DNA of 63,002 bases, filler included, from 14 parts of 14 records of this genome joined end to end with filler, not necessarily neighbours in it; one strand, 5' to 3'; shown: positions 1-11,466, counted from the whole stretch's first letter. Notes: generated by a model from the sequence alone, not told the origin. Numbers and translations: made by a program.

Positions 1-4
1 TTTT

Positions 5-11
5 TATAAAA
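5..11 (+). promoter_or_regulatory. Possible TATA box of the GCIP-like gene
   Basis: TATAAAA about 80 nt upstream of the ATG at 89; it lies at the contig edge, so support is weak. Confidence 0.25.
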
Positions 12-88
12 CGTAAAGGCACTAAATTTTTCCATCGAGACAGCCCACATTGTTGCTCACATTTCTGTGTGCGTGCTTCGTTCACGAC

Positions 89-1806
89 ATGGCGCGACAA
101 CTAACCACACACGCACGAGAGTGTCTTGAGCGACTTGTCTCATCATTGCATTCTGTGGGAGCAGATAGCACGCCGCCCCGAGATACCGGGCGTTATCCAA
201 CTCCTCCACAACTGCAACGATGTGCGCAGAATGTTAAGTACGAGTCCACGAAACGTACTTGCCATTTCCATCTCTGCATCGCAGCTAGAATGTGCTAACT
301 CAATTCATGTCTTCAGTTACGATGCTGTTTTCTGAGGACCCATCGCCCAAAGAATGCGAAACTTTAGTCCAGGGAGTGGAGATCTCAATCTTTGTTCTGG
401 TGTCTGTCCTTCGTGCGGGTCGAAGTCACGCAGGTGCGTATCTCAGGTCTGTCTCTGTCCAACATTATATGCTTGTGTTGGGATATATTCCGGTGCATGC
501 TGCGCATATCTGGTGATGTCCGTCTTGTGAACGATGTATGTTTATTCATTTGTGTGTGTGGTGGTGGGAACACGCTGCAGGCCCGACCATGGATAAGAAG
601 TGGCTGTACTGTGAGACTCAGATTGTGGAAACGTTTGTGCAGCTGTTACGGTTGTTCATCGATAGGGGTACGTCTGTGCATTCTCGGTCTGTTTCACGCC
701 TCTGAGTGCTGATGTGTTGTTATGAATGGGGCTTTTGTGAATCTGCTGAGTGTGAAATGGATGTTGTGGGACAAGTTGCTGTGTGTGTTGATCTTATTCT
801 TTGGTTTCGTCTGTAAATCCGCTCCCGTGCATGTGTACACTCTCATTCCCCACGTCTCCCTCTCTACAGCACGTACTCTGTATAACACCCACGTGCACAC
901 ATACCCACACACGTCCATAACGTCATCTTCGGTCCATCGTGAGCCGAGTGTTTCTTTTTGCTAGCATGTGTTGTGTTACCCCGCATCTTCCCTATCGAGC
1001 ACAGTACTGCTATTCCGTGTTATCGGAACTGAACGCAAACAACAACACTCAAGCTTCTGTCTCTCTCTCTGTCTCTCTCTCTCGCTGCAGGGCCCACAGA
1101 CCCGATGACAATGGCGCTGACGGGGGTCATCTGGGAACGGTGCGTGGACGTGTGCGCGTTGCCCTGCACCAACACAGAGGCCGTCCTCACACACATTGAG
1201 GAGTACCGCGATCTGGTACACGACGCCGTGCAAGAAGTGCGGGCGGTGGTCCCTGCCCCCGAGGGCACCACCCCCTCCGATATCGACGAGCGTGTGGACG
1301 ATGAGGATCTGGAGACAGCCACGCTGGCCCAGCTAAGCGCCGGCGTTTCGAGCACGGCCGCACCAGGGGACGCCGTACACACATACGATGGGGACGAGGG
1401 CGGGGACACGTTCTCGCTCGAGGATCTGCGGGTGGCACAGCGCAGCGCACGCATGGCCGAGCTTTGCGAGCGTATGCTACTCTCCGTGGAAACGCTGCTG
1501 CGCAATAACATCCCCTCTACGGCCCAGCACGAGGACGCGTACGTGCCCCTGCTGGAGCAGCTGCATGCGATCGCGGGGGAGCTCTCAGCGCGCACGGACG
1601 GCATGATTCTGGAGGTGGAGCCCGGTCTGGACCGCGAGTCCCTCTCGGAGCAGGCGGCCGCGTTGCTGGAGCAGATGACACGGTGGCTGGGAGTACTCCG
1701 CATTGCAAGCAGTGCGCCGCTGTCAGGGATTGGGGAGTGCATTGCGCAGGTGGAGCGGCTGGAGCGACGGGCGCGGGCGTGCATGCCCCGCGCTGAGGAC
1801 TCGTGA
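89..1806 (+). CDS. Eukaryotic GCIP/CCNDBP1-like (cyclin-D1-binding protein 1 family) gene; exons 89-254, 317-433, 581-667, 1091-1806; about 361 aa
   Basis: Three GT..AG introns (255-316 with CTAAC branch-like motif, 434-580, 668-1090), all phase 1, give one open frame: ...YESTKLTMLFSEDPSPKECETLV...HAGPTMDK...TGVIWERCVDVCALPCTNTEAVLTHIEEYRDLVHDAVQE, then an acidic linker. These motifs resemble the GCIP family from memory. Confidence 0.65.
1060..1083 (+). repeat. (CT)n microsatellite acting as the polypyrimidine tract before acceptor AG 1089-1090
   Basis: ctctctctctgtctctctctctcgctgcag. Confidence 0.8.
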
Positions 1807-1826
1807 GACGCCAGTCAGCGGTGTTA

Positions 1827-1862
1827 ATGATGATGATGGGGGTGATGATGGTGATGATGGTG
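1827..1862 (+). repeat. Imperfect (ATG/GTG)n trinucleotide repeat just 3' of the eukaryotic stop codon
   Basis: atgatgatgatgggggtgatgatggtgatgatggtg. Confidence 0.7.
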
Positions 1863-2086
1863 GCACATGATTCGGAGTTGCGCCTTTGTACCCAGCAGAG
1901 TTCCGCCACCGCCTGCCTGCGTCACTACTGCATGTTCTCGTTTTGTGTGTCACGCGCGGACAGTATTATTACCGTTTGGGAGGGCGCAGTGGACAAACTG
2001 GACGTATGCGCGCAACCGCGGTGGTGCAGCCGTTCTACGCGCTCGACGTTGTGTACATCCCAGGTCACATTTATACATAAAAAAAA

Positions 2087-2186
2087 NNNNNNNNNNNNNN
2101 NNNNNNNNNNNNNNNNNNNNNNNNNNNNNNTTAATTAATTAANNNNNNNNNNNNNNNNNNNNNNNNNNNNNNNNNNNNNNNNNNNN
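2087..2186. other. Artificial contig linker N44-TTAATTAATTAA-N44; identical copies at 4417-4516, 7955-8054, 13612-13711, 18040-18139, 21074-21173, 29199-29298, 31688-31787, 39195-39294, 48344-48443, 50638-50737, 54384-54483, 57841-57940
   Basis: Exactly 100 bp each; the palindromic core puts a stop codon in all six frames; genes are truncated at the linkers. Confidence 0.99.
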
Positions 2187-2191
2187 GACTT

Positions 2192-2335
2192 GCGGTGATT
2201 ATGCCTCCCGTTCCGGCGTTTTATCATCGCCCGCAATCCCTTGATGATGTGATAAATCAGACGGTTAATCGTGTTCTTGACCAGTTTGCGATAACCCTTC
2301 CTGAAGATCTCTTTGCCCGCTGGCAGGGCGCATAA
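2192..2335 (+). CDS. ubiX: Flavin prenyltransferase UbiX, 3' fragment
   Basis: AVIMPPVPAFYHRPQSLDDVINQTVNRVLDQFAITLPEDLFARWQGA*; lies upstream of argT. Confidence 0.9.
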   Translation, partial: AVIMPPVPAFYHRPQSLDDVINQTVNRVLDQFAITLPEDLFARWQGA

Positions 2336-2516
2336 CTCCGCTGTTGCCCTGTTTCAGGGCAATTTTGCAACCGCGATCAAATCCTCGACATTTTGTTTCT
2401 GCCATTCAATCGAAACGCTGCGATTCAACCGCTATACCTGCTATCTTCAACTTCAGGACAATAATGCAACGTCTTATTAACATATTTAACGTTGAATGTT
2501 ACTGTTGTCGTCAAGA

Positions 2517-2532
2517 TGGCATAAGACCTGCA
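2517..2532 (+). promoter_or_regulatory. Sigma54 promoter of argT
   Basis: TGGCATAAGACCTGCA has GG-N10-GC spacing. Confidence 0.8.
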
Positions 2533-2600
2533 TGAAAGAGCCTGCAAACACACAACACAATACACAACATAAAAAAGCCATTTTCACTTGAGGGTTATGT

Positions 2601-3383
2601 ATGAAGAAGTCGATTCTCGCTCTGTCTTTGTTAGTCGGTCTCTCCACAGCGGCTTCCAGCTATGCGGCGCTACCGGAGACGGTACGTATCGGAACCGATA
2701 CCACCTACGCACCGTTCTCATCGAAAGATGCTAAAGGTGATTTTGTTGGCTTTGATATCGATCTCGGTAACGAGATGTGCAAACGGATGCAGGTGAAATG
2801 TACCTGGGTTGCCAGTGACTTTGACGCGCTGATCCCCTCACTGAAAGCGAAAAAAATCGACGCTATTATTTCGTCGCTTTCCATTACCGATAAACGTCAG
2901 CAGGAGATTGCCTTCTCCGACAAGCTGTACGCCGCAGATTCTCGTTTGATTGCGGCCAAAGGTTCACCGATTCAGCCAACGCTGGATTCACTGAAAGGTA
3001 AACATGTTGGTGTGCTGCAGGGATCAACCCAGGAAGCTTACGCTAACGAGACCTGGCGTAGTAAAGGCGTGGATGTGGTGGCCTATGCCAACCAGGATTT
3101 GGTCTATTCCGATCTGGCTGCAGGACGTCTGGATGCTGCGTTACAAGATGAAGTTGCTGCCAGCGAAGGATTCCTCAAGCAACCTGCTGGTAAAGATTTC
3201 GCCTTTGCTGGCTCATCAGTAAAAGACAAAAAATACTTCGGTGATGGCACCGGTGTAGGGCTACGTAAAGATGATGCTGAACTGACGGCTGCCTTCAATA
3301 AGGCGCTTGGCGAGCTGCGTCAGGACGGCACCTACGACAAGATGGCGAAAAAGTATTTCGACTTTAATGTCTACGGTGACTGA
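2601..3383 (+). CDS. argT: Lysine/arginine/ornithine ABC transporter periplasmic binding protein
   Basis: 260 aa with signal peptide; [21 protein letters not shown]. Confidence 0.97.
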   Translation: MKKSILALSLLVGLSTAASSYAALPETVRIGTDTTYAPFSSKDAKGDFVGFDIDLGNEMCKRMQVKCTWVASDFDALIPSLKAKKIDAIISSLSITDKRQQEIAFSDKLYAADSRLIAAKGSPIQPTLDSLKGKHVGVLQGSTQEAYANETWRSKGVDVVAYANQDLVYSDLAAGRLDAALQDEVAASEGFLKQPAGKDFAFAGSSVKDKKYFGDGTGVGLRKDDAELTAAFNKALGELRQDGTYDKMAKKYFDFNVYGD

Positions 3384-3441
3384 TACGTCGCTGGGAAGCT
3401 GTACCTGATGGAATGATCATCATGGTGCACGCCAGGTTTGT

Positions 3442-3458
3442 TGCACTATCGTGGTGCA
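3442..3458. promoter_or_regulatory. NtrC-type binding palindrome upstream of hisJ
   Basis: TGCACTATCGTGGTGCA versus consensus TGCACCA-N3-TGGTGCA. Confidence 0.7.
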
Positions 3459-3603
3459 TTGAAATGCATACTTAAGCATTTTTAATGAAAAATAATACGT
3501 CTAACGGGGCGGGATATTTTGCCTTGATGGTCAATTTTATGGCACGATAAGTGTAACAAACCTGTAAATATTCCCTATAAAAAGACTGTCAGTTGAGGAC
3601 ATT

Positions 3604-4386
3604 ATGAAAAAACTGGTGCTATCGCTCTCTCTGGTTCTGGCCTTCTCCAGCGCAACTGCGGCGTTTGCTGCGATTCCGCAAAACATCCGCATCGGTACCG
3701 ACCCGACCTATGCGCCATTTGAATCAAAAAATTCACAAGGCGAACTGGTTGGCTTCGATATCGATCTGGCAAAGGAATTATGCAAACGCATCAATACGCA
3801 ATGTACGTTTGTCGAAAATCCGCTGGATGCGTTAATCCCGTCCTTAAAAGCGAAGAAGATTGACGCCATCATGTCATCGCTTTCCATTACGGAAAAACGT
3901 CAGCAAGAAATAGCCTTCACCGACAAACTGTACGCTGCCGATTCTCGTTTGGTGGTGGCGAAAAATTCTGACATTCAGCCGACAGTCGAGTCGCTGAAAG
4001 GCAAACGGGTAGGCGTATTGCAGGGCACCACCCAGGAGACGTTCGGTAATGAACATTGGGCACCAAAAGGCATTGAAATCGTCTCGTATCAGGGGCAGGA
4101 CAACATTTATTCTGACCTGACTGCCGGACGTATTGATGCCGCGTTCCAGGATGAGGTCGCTGCCAGCGAAGGTTTCCTCAAACAACCTGTCGGTAAAGAT
4201 TACAAATTCGGTGGCCCGTCTGTTAAAGATGAAAAACTGTTTGGCGTAGGGACCGGCATGGGCCTGCGTAAAGAAGATAACGAACTGCGCGAAGCACTGA
4301 ACAAAGCCTTTGCCGAAATGCGCGCTGACGGTACTTACGAGAAATTAGCGAAAAAGTACTTCGATTTTGATGTTTATGGTGGCTAA
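3604..4386 (+). CDS. hisJ: Histidine ABC transporter periplasmic binding protein
   Basis: 260 aa; [22 protein letters not shown]; tandem paralogue of argT. Confidence 0.97.
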   Translation: MKKLVLSLSLVLAFSSATAAFAAIPQNIRIGTDPTYAPFESKNSQGELVGFDIDLAKELCKRINTQCTFVENPLDALIPSLKAKKIDAIMSSLSITEKRQQEIAFTDKLYAADSRLVVAKNSDIQPTVESLKGKRVGVLQGTTQETFGNEHWAPKGIEIVSYQGQDNIYSDLTAGRIDAAFQDEVAASEGFLKQPVGKDYKFGGPSVKDEKLFGVGTGMGLRKEDNELREALNKAFAEMRADGTYEKLAKKYFDFDVYGG

Positions 4387-4517
4387 TCGCCATCGGTGAA
4401 AGAAAGCCCGCTCCCTNNNNNNNNNNNNNNNNNNNNNNNNNNNNNNNNNNNNNNNNNNNNTTAATTAATTAANNNNNNNNNNNNNNNNNNNNNNNNNNNN
4501 NNNNNNNNNNNNNNNNT

Positions 4518-5177
4518 AAAGAAAAGTTCGCCGTTCCGCGCCAGCCAGGTCTGGTAAAAAGCGCCAACGGCGAACTGCATCTCATTGCTCCCTACAACCA
4601 GGCCGACGCCGTTCGCGGCCTGGAAGCGTTCAGCCATTTATGGATCCTTTTCGTCTTTCATCAAACGATGGAAGGCGGCTGGCGTCCGACTGTGCGTCCA
4701 CCGCGCCTCGGCGGTAACGCCAGAATGGGGGTTTTCGCAACACGCTCTACTTTCCGCCCTAACCCAATTGGCATGTCGCTGGTAGAGCTGAAAGAGGTTG
4801 TTTGCCATAAAGACAGCGTGATTCTGAAGCTCGGCAGTCTGGATCTGGTCGATGGTACGCCGGTAGTGGATATCAAACCGTATCTCCCCTTTGCCGAATC
4901 GCTTCCCGATGCCAGTGCCAGCTATGCGCAAAGTGCGCCAGCTGCAGAGATGGCGGTGAGTTTTACCGCAGAGGTCGAAAAGCAGCTTTTGACGCTGGAG
5001 AAGCGTTATCCGCAGTTAACGCTGTTTATCCGCGAAGTACTGGCGCAGGACCCGCGCCCGGCCTATCGTAAAGGTGAGGAAACGGGCAAAACCTATGCCG
5101 TCTGGCTACATGATTTTAACGTTCGCTGGCGCGTCACCGACGCAGGTTTTGAAGTCTTTGCGCTGGAACCGCGTTAA
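4518..5177 (+). CDS. tsaA: tRNA m6t6A37 methyltransferase TrmO (YaeB/TsaA), 5'-truncated
   Basis: GVFATRSTFRPNPIGMS and LDLVDGTPVVDIKPY motifs; upstream of proS. Confidence 0.92.
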   Translation, partial: KEKFAVPRQPGLVKSANGELHLIAPYNQADAVRGLEAFSHLWILFVFHQTMEGGWRPTVRPPRLGGNARMGVFATRSTFRPNPIGMSLVELKEVVCHKDSVILKLGSLDLVDGTPVVDIKPYLPFAESLPDASASYAQSAPAAEMAVSFTAEVEKQLLTLEKRYPQLTLFIREVLAQDPRPAYRKGEETGKTYAVWLHDFNVRWRVTDAGFEVFALEPR

Positions 5178-5288
5178 ATTCACGCCCTTCTCTTTTGACA
5201 TTTCTTTTGCACTGGTAAACTAAATCACTTTTTTTTGTCCCAGGCTCGCCTTGAGCCTGTTCTACCTTCCAACTGGAACCGTAACAAC

Positions 5289-7007
5289 ATGCGTACTAGC
5301 CAATACCTGCTCTCCACTCTCAAGGAGACACCTGCCGACGCCGAGGTGATCAGCCATCAGCTGATGCTGCGCGCCGGGATGATCCGCAAGCTGGCCTCCG
5401 GGTTATATACCTGGCTGCCGACCGGCGTGCGCGTTCTGAAAAAAGTCGAAAACATCGTGCGTGAAGAGATGAACAACGCCGGTGCGATCGAGGTGTCGAT
5501 GCCGGTGGTTCAGCCAGCCGATTTGTGGCAAGAGAGTGGTCGTTGGGAACAGTACGGTCCGGAACTGCTGCGTTTTGTTGACCGTGGCGAGCGTCCGTTC
5601 GTACTCGGCCCAACTCATGAAGAAGTTATCACTGACCTGATTCGTAACGAGCTTAGCTCTTACAAACAGCTGCCGCTGAACTTCTATCAGATCCAGACCA
5701 AGTTCCGCGACGAAGTGCGTCCGCGTTTCGGCGTCATGCGTTCCCGCGAATTCCTGATGAAAGATGCTTACTCTTTCCATACTTCTCAGGAATCCCTGCA
5801 GGAAACCTACGATGCAATGTATGCGGCCTACAGCAAAATCTTCAGCCGCATGGGGCTGGATTTCCGCGCCGTACAAGCCGACACCGGTTCTATCGGCGGC
5901 AGCGCCTCTCACGAATTCCAGGTGCTGGCGCAGAGCGGTGAAGACGATGTGGTCTTCTCCGACACCTCTGACTATGCAGCGAACATTGAACTGGCAGAAG
6001 CTATCGCGCCGAAAGAACCGCGCGCTGCTGCTACCCAGGAAATGACGCTGGTTGATACGCCGAACGCGAAAACCATCGCGGAACTGGTTGAACAGTTCAA
6101 TCTGCCGATTGAGAAAACGGTTAAGACTCTGCTGGTTAAAGCGGTTGAAGGCAGCAGCTTCCCGCAGGTTGCGCTGCTGGTGCGCGGTGATCACGAGCTG
6201 AACGAAGTTAAAGCAGAAAAACTGCCGCAGGTTGCAAGCCCGCTGACTTTCGCGACCGAAGAAGAAATTCGTGCCGTGGTTAAAGCCGGTCCGGGTTCAC
6301 TGGGTCCGGTAAACATGCCGATTCCGGTGGTGATTGACCGTACCGTTGCGGCGATGAGTGATTTCGCTGCTGGTGCTAACATCGATGGTAAACACTACTT
6401 CGGCATCAACTGGGATCGCGATGTCGCTACCCCGGAAGTTGCAGATATCCGTAACGTGGTGGCTGGCGATCCAAGCCCGGATGGCCAGGGTAGGCTGCTG
6501 ATCAAACGTGGTATCGAAGTTGGTCACATCTTCCAGCTGGGTACCAAGTACTCCGAAGCACTGAAAGCCTCCGTACAGGGTGAAGATGGCCGTAACCAAA
6601 TCCTGACGATGGGTTGCTACGGTATCGGGGTAACGCGTGTGGTAGCTGCGGCGATTGAGCAGAACTACGACGAACGAGGCATCGTATGGCCTGACGCTAT
6701 CGCGCCGTTCCAGGTGGCGATTCTGCCGATGAACATGCACAAATCCTTCCGCGTACAAGAGCTTGCTGAGAAACTGTACAGCGAACTGCGTGCACAAGGT
6801 ATCGAAGTGCTGCTGGATGACCGCAAAGAGCGTCCGGGCGTGATGTTTGCTGATATGGAACTGATCGGTATTCCGCACACTATTGTGCTGGGCGACCGTA
6901 ACCTCGACAACGACGATATCGAATATAAATATCGTCGCAACGGCGAGAAACAGTTAATTAAGACTGGTGACATCGTCGAATATCTGGTGAAACAGATTAA
7001 AGGCTGA
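5289..7007 (+). CDS. proS: Proline--tRNA ligase, 572 aa
   Basis: [20 protein letters not shown]; class II motifs [10 protein letters not shown] and GCYGIGVTR. Confidence 0.99.
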
Positions 7008-7013
7008 TGCCAG

Positions 7014-7044
7014 AAAGGGTCCTGAATTTCAGGGCCCTTTTTTT
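7014..7044 (+). terminator. Rho-independent terminator after proS
   Basis: aaagggtcctgaa-t-ttcagggcccttt hairpin followed by a T-run. Confidence 0.8.
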
Positions 7045-7060
7045 ACATGGATTGTATAAA

Positions 7061-7885
7061 ATGGATAAACCAAAGGCGTACTGCCGCCTGTTTCTCCCCA
7101 GCTTTCTTTTACTTTCGGCTTGTACCGTTGATATCAGCCAGCCAGACCCATCAGCCACAGCAGTAGATGCCGAGGCAAAAACATGGGCTGTCAAATTCCA
7201 GCATCAAAGCTCTTTCACCGAACAATCAATAAAAGAAATAACGGCACCTGATCTCAAACCCGGCGATTTGCTGTTCTCCTCAAGCCTTGGGGTAACCTCA
7301 TTTGGAATCCGCGTCTTCAGCACTTCCTCTGTGAGTCACGTTGCAATCTTTCTGGGTGATAATAACGTTGCAGAAGCGACAGGCGCTGGCGTCCAGATCG
7401 TTTCCCTTAAAAAAGCGATGAAGCATAGTGATAAGCTTTTCGTCTTACGAGTCCCGGATCTTACCCCGCAACAAGCCACAGATATCACCGCGTTTGCCAA
7501 TAAAATCAAAGATAGCGGTTATAACTATCGCGGCATTGTCGAATTTATTCCCTTTATGGTGACTCGCCAGATGTGCTCACTGAATCCGTTCTCCGAGGAT
7601 TTTCGCCAACAGTGCGTCAGCGGCCTGGCGAAAGCGCAGTTAAGCAGTGTGGGCGAAGGAGACAAAAAGTCGTGGTTTTGTTCGGAATTTGTCACGGATG
7701 CCTTTGCCAAAGCCGGGCATCCACTTACACTGGCGCAATCGGGCTGGATTAGCCCTGCCGATCTGATGCATATGCGTATTGGTGATGTCTCTGCGTTTAA
7801 GCCAGAAACGCAGTTACAGTATGTTGGGCACCTGAAGCCTGGGATTTATATCAAGGCGGGTCGCTTTGTTGGTTTGACCCGGTGA
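7061..7885 (+). CDS. yaeF: Lipoprotein YaeF, permuted papain-like (NlpC/P60) amidase family
   Basis: Lipobox LSAC; SHVAIFLG and WFCSEFV catalytic motifs; 274 aa. Confidence 0.92.
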   Translation: MDKPKAYCRLFLPSFLLLSACTVDISQPDPSATAVDAEAKTWAVKFQHQSSFTEQSIKEITAPDLKPGDLLFSSSLGVTSFGIRVFSTSSVSHVAIFLGDNNVAEATGAGVQIVSLKKAMKHSDKLFVLRVPDLTPQQATDITAFANKIKDSGYNYRGIVEFIPFMVTRQMCSLNPFSEDFRQQCVSGLAKAQLSSVGEGDKKSWFCSEFVTDAFAKAGHPLTLAQSGWISPADLMHMRIGDVSAFKPETQLQYVGHLKPGIYIKAGRFVGLTR

Positions 7886-7893
7886 TAAAGTAA

Positions 7894-7954
7894 ATGCCTT
7901 ATCCGCCTTAAGGTATGAGGGGGGTTGTAGGCATGATAAGACGCGCCAGCGTCG
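7894..7954. repeat. REP (PU) sequence at contig end
   Basis: gccttatccgcc...tgtaggcatgataagacgcgccagcgtcg. Confidence 0.75.
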
Positions 7955-8054
7955 NNNNNNNNNNNNNNNNNNNNNNNNNNNNNNNNNNNNNNNNNNNNTT
8001 AATTAATTAANNNNNNNNNNNNNNNNNNNNNNNNNNNNNNNNNNNNNNNNNNNN

Positions 8055-8881
8055 ATCATCACGTTGTTAATGAAGTCCGCCGTGCGGGTGATAATTGACT
8101 GCACCAGGTTCAGGCGTTCCATATTGACTGCCCCGACCGCGCCGCTTTCGTCAATGTTGATGGCGCAAGGCATCCCGCCGACAATCCAGTTTGGATGCGG
8201 GTTTTTACCGCCAAAGACCGCGTGGATTTTGACAATTTCACGCTGGAAATCGAGAGCTTCGAGATAGTGGGCAAAGCCCATCAGGTTAGCTTCTGGCGGC
8301 AGTTTGTACTGCGGGTGCCCCCAGTAGCCATTGCGGAAGATCCCCAACTGCCCGCCTTCAACAAATTTTTTCAGGCGGTTTTGTACGTCGAAGAAATAGC
8401 CAGGGGATGATTTCGGCCAAGAGGAGAGACTTTGCGCCAGTTCGGAGGTTTTCCGCGGGTCGGCTTTCAGCGCATCTAACACATCGATCCAGTCCATCCC
8501 GGCAAGCTGATAGAAGTGCACCAGATGATCGTGGCACCAGAGCGTTGCCAGCATAATGTTGCGGATGATATTGGCGTTGTCCGGCACTTTAATACCGATA
8601 GCATCTTCGATGGCGTAAACCGAAGCCAGGGCGTGTACGCCAGTACAGACGCCGCAGATACGTTCAACGAACGCCCACGCATCGCGCGGGTCGCGCCCTT
8701 GTAGGATGATCTCCAGCCCGCGAAACATGGTGCCGCAGGAGACGGCATTGGTGATCACATTCTGATCGTTAATATTCACTTCGCAGCGCATGTGGCCTTC
8801 GATGCGCGTAATCGGGTCGACCACCAGGCGGCGTCCGGCATTATTGATGGTGTATCCCTGAGTTTCGTACTGAGTGCTCAT
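8055..8881 (-). CDS. hyaB: Hydrogenase-1 large subunit, 3'-truncated
   Basis: DPITRIEGH and ERICGVC Ni-binding motif. Confidence 0.97.
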
Positions 8882-9996
8882 GCCTGTTTATCCTCATTGC
8901 CTGGCTGATGTTCGGTTTCTGTAGGTTGCTGGTTATGACGTCTGCGCTGGTCAACGGCGCTGGCGACTGCGTGCACACCAACAGCCGCTGCCACCACGCC
9001 AAGCGCGGTTAAACCGACGGTATCGGCGGTGGAATGAGTACCCATTTGCGGAATATCGACCACGCGGCTGTAGAACGAACCGCGATCCCAGAAACCATTT
9101 TCCGCACAGCCCAGGCAGCCGTGACCAGACTGGATTGGGAAAGAAACGCCATCATTCCAGCGTGTGGAGGAACAGGCGTTATAGGTGGTAGGCCCTTTGC
9201 AGCCCATTTTGTACAGGCAGTAACCTTTGCGGGCAGCGTCATCATCCCAACTCTGGACGAACTCTCCGGCGTCGAAGTGGGCGCGGCGATAGCATTTATC
9301 GTGGATTCGCTGACCATAGAACATCAGCGGACGGCCCATTCTGTCGACATCTGGCAAGCGATCAAAGGTCACCATGTAAGTAATGATGGCGCTCATCACA
9401 TCCGGGATCGGCGGGCAGCCAGGTACTTTGATAATGGGTTTGTCGGTGATGACTTTGTCGATAGGCGTTGCCTGCGTCGGATTGGGTCGCGCGGCCTGCA
9501 CGCAGCCCCAGGACGCGCAGGTTCCCCAGGCGATAATCGCGCTGGCTCCGGCAGCGGCACGTTTGAGTTTCTCAATAAACGGTCGACCGCTGCTGATACA
9601 GAACATCCCCTGCTCGCCCAGCGGCGGATTACCTTCTACTGCGAGGATATATTTGCCATTGTATTGCGTGATGATGTCTTCAAAGACTTCTTCCGCCTGG
9701 GTTCCGGCGGCAGCCATCAAAGTATCGTCGTAATCGAGGGAAATCAGGGAAAGGATGACGTCCTTCGCCAGTGGGTGAGCGGAGCGGATAAAAGATTCGG
9801 TACAGCAGGTGCATTCCAGACCGTGGATCCATACCACCGGAATGCGCGGTTTGTTCTCCAGCGCCCAGGCAATCTTTGGTGCCATTCCCGCGCCTAATCC
9901 CAGCGACGTGGCAGCCAGACTACAATATTTGAGAAAGCTGCGCCGGGTAACGCCCTGACGCCGCATGGCCTGGTAAAATGTTTCCTCGTTATTCAT
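8878..9996 (-). CDS. hyaA: Hydrogenase-1 small subunit, 372 aa
   Basis: Tat signal RRSFLK; ECTCC supernumerary-cysteine motif; GCPP. Confidence 0.97.
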   Translation of the reverse strand: MNNEETFYQAMRRQGVTRRSFLKYCSLAATSLGLGAGMAPKIAWALENKPRIPVVWIHGLECTCCTESFIRSAHPLAKDVILSLISLDYDDTLMAAAGTQAEEVFEDIITQYNGKYILAVEGNPPLGEQGMFCISSGRPFIEKLKRAAAGASAIIAWGTCASWGCVQAARPNPTQATPIDKVITDKPIIKVPGCPPIPDVMSAIITYMVTFDRLPDVDRMGRPLMFYGQRIHDKCYRRAHFDAGEFVQSWDDDAARKGYCLYKMGCKGPTTYNACSSTRWNDGVSFPIQSGHGCLGCAENGFWDRGSFYSRVVDIPQMGTHSTADTVGLTALGVVAAAVGVHAVASAVDQRRRHNQQPTETEHQPGNEDKQA

Positions 9997-10381
9997 ATCG
10001 CACGTCTCTCCTCCTTGCGACACCGGCAGGACACCGGGCGCTTATGGTCGGCAAGCGACGTCCCTGTAGCAAGGCAAACCATCGCTTCACGTGAGATGCT
10101 GAAAACGAAAGCTCATCCTTCTGCACTGGCGCACGTCGCCAGAAAGTATTGTTAATAAAGCGTAGTGAAACTTTTGCACAAAACAATACAAACTGTGTGG
10201 ATTTATCTTTTAGCGATAAAAATGGACCTATTTTTCTTTTGGCCGGGCGGTGGGGATGTTTAGCCGGTTGCTAAACGAGTAAAAGAGAAGGAATTCATGG
10301 TGATGAAATGATCAATCTGCTGTTATTTCACGCTATCAATGCACTTTTGGCTGTTTTTCAGGCAAACAAACAAATTAGGGG

Positions 10382-10410
10382 TTTACACGCCGCATCGGGA
10401 TGTTTATAGT
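10382..10410 (+). promoter_or_regulatory. Sigma70 promoter of serT
   Basis: TTTACA-17-TATAGT followed by GC-rich discriminator GCGCG. Confidence 0.75.
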
Positions 10411-10422
10411 GCGCGTCATTCC

Positions 10423-10510
10423 GGAAGTGTGGCCGAGCGGTTGAAGGCACCGGTCTTGAAAACCGGCGACCCGAAAGGGTTCCAGAGTTCGAATCTCTGC
10501 GCTTCCGCCA
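10423..10510 (+). tRNA. serT: tRNA-Ser (anticodon UGA), 88 nt
   Basis: GGAAGTG acceptor stem, anticodon arm ccggt-ct-TGA-aa-accgg, long variable arm, GTTCGAATC, CCA end. Confidence 0.98.
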
Positions 10511-10518
10511 AATAAGAT

Positions 10519-10548
10519 AAGGGGTTAGCTAAATGCTAACCCCTTTTT
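10519..10548 (+). terminator. serT terminator
   Basis: aggggttagc-taaat-gctaacccct followed by a T-run. Confidence 0.85.
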
Positions 10549-10716
10549 CTTTTGCCTGTCGAAATTCTCAGGGCGTTATATTTGCTTAATGACCTGATAA
10601 TCCGCTGTTAAACCTGTTCCAGATCAAATGCGTAAAGATGGGTAAAACTTCTGGGTGCCCTTACGCATTATCATTATGCTGCTTAATTAATTACATCTGT
10701 CATAGAGAGTGACTCA

Positions 10717-11376
10717 ATGGATCGTATTGTTAGTTCTTCACATGACCGTACATCACTGCTTAGCACCCATAAGGTGCTGCGTAATACCTATTTTCTGCTG
10801 AGCCTGACGCTGGCCTTTTCGGCGATTACCGCAACTGCCAGTACGGTGCTGATGCTGCCATCTCCGGGTCTGATTCTGACGCTGGTGGGTATGTATGGTT
10901 TGATGTTCCTGACCTATAAAACGGCGAATAAGCCGACCGGGATTATCTCCGCATTCGCCTTTACCGGTTTTCTGGGTTATATCCTCGGACCTATTCTGAA
11001 CACCTATCTGTCTGCCGGAATGGGTGACGTAATCGCTATGGCACTGGGCGGAACGGCGTTAGTGTTCTTCTGCTGCTCTGCATATGTGCTGACCACCCGC
11101 AAAGATATGTCGTTCCTCGGCGGTATGCTGATGGCGGGTATTGTGGTGGTGCTGATTGGTATGGTTGCGAATATCTTCCTGCAGCTGCCTGCTCTGCATC
11201 TGGCGATCAGCGCGGTCTTCATTCTGATCTCCTCTGGCGCTATCTTGTTTGAAACCAGCAACATCATTCATGGCGGTGAGACGAACTATATTCGTGCCAC
11301 GGTTAGCCTGTATGTTTCGCTGTACAACATCTTCGTCAGCCTGCTGAGCATTCTGGGCTTCGCTAGCCGCGATTAA
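10717..11376 (+). CDS. yccA: FtsH modulator YccA (BAX inhibitor-1 family)
   Basis: 219 aa polytopic membrane protein; [17 protein letters not shown]. Confidence 0.95.
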   Translation: MDRIVSSSHDRTSLLSTHKVLRNTYFLLSLTLAFSAITATASTVLMLPSPGLILTLVGMYGLMFLTYKTANKPTGIISAFAFTGFLGYILGPILNTYLSAGMGDVIAMALGGTALVFFCCSAYVLTTRKDMSFLGGMLMAGIVVVLIGMVANIFLQLPALHLAISAVFILISSGAILFETSNIIHGGETNYIRATVSLYVSLYNIFVSLLSILGFASRD

Positions 11377-11466
11377 TCTCACCCGCTAACACTTTCATAG
11401 CCTCGCTTTATGCGGGGCTTTGTTTTTTGTTACACTGCCGCCAGTCTGATTAAGGTAGTAATAATT

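Noticed and set aside
2079-2086. Terminal A-run as a poly(A) tail, implying a cDNA contig
   Set aside because: The contig retains introns and the run is only 8 nt at a contig edge
3540-3555. Second sigma54-like promoter before hisJ (TGGCACGATAAGTGTA)
   Set aside because: The -24 element is good but the -12 position reads GT rather than GC, so it is not supportable from sequence alone
2601-4386. argT/hisJ tandem duplication
   Set aside because: Known ancient paralogue pair
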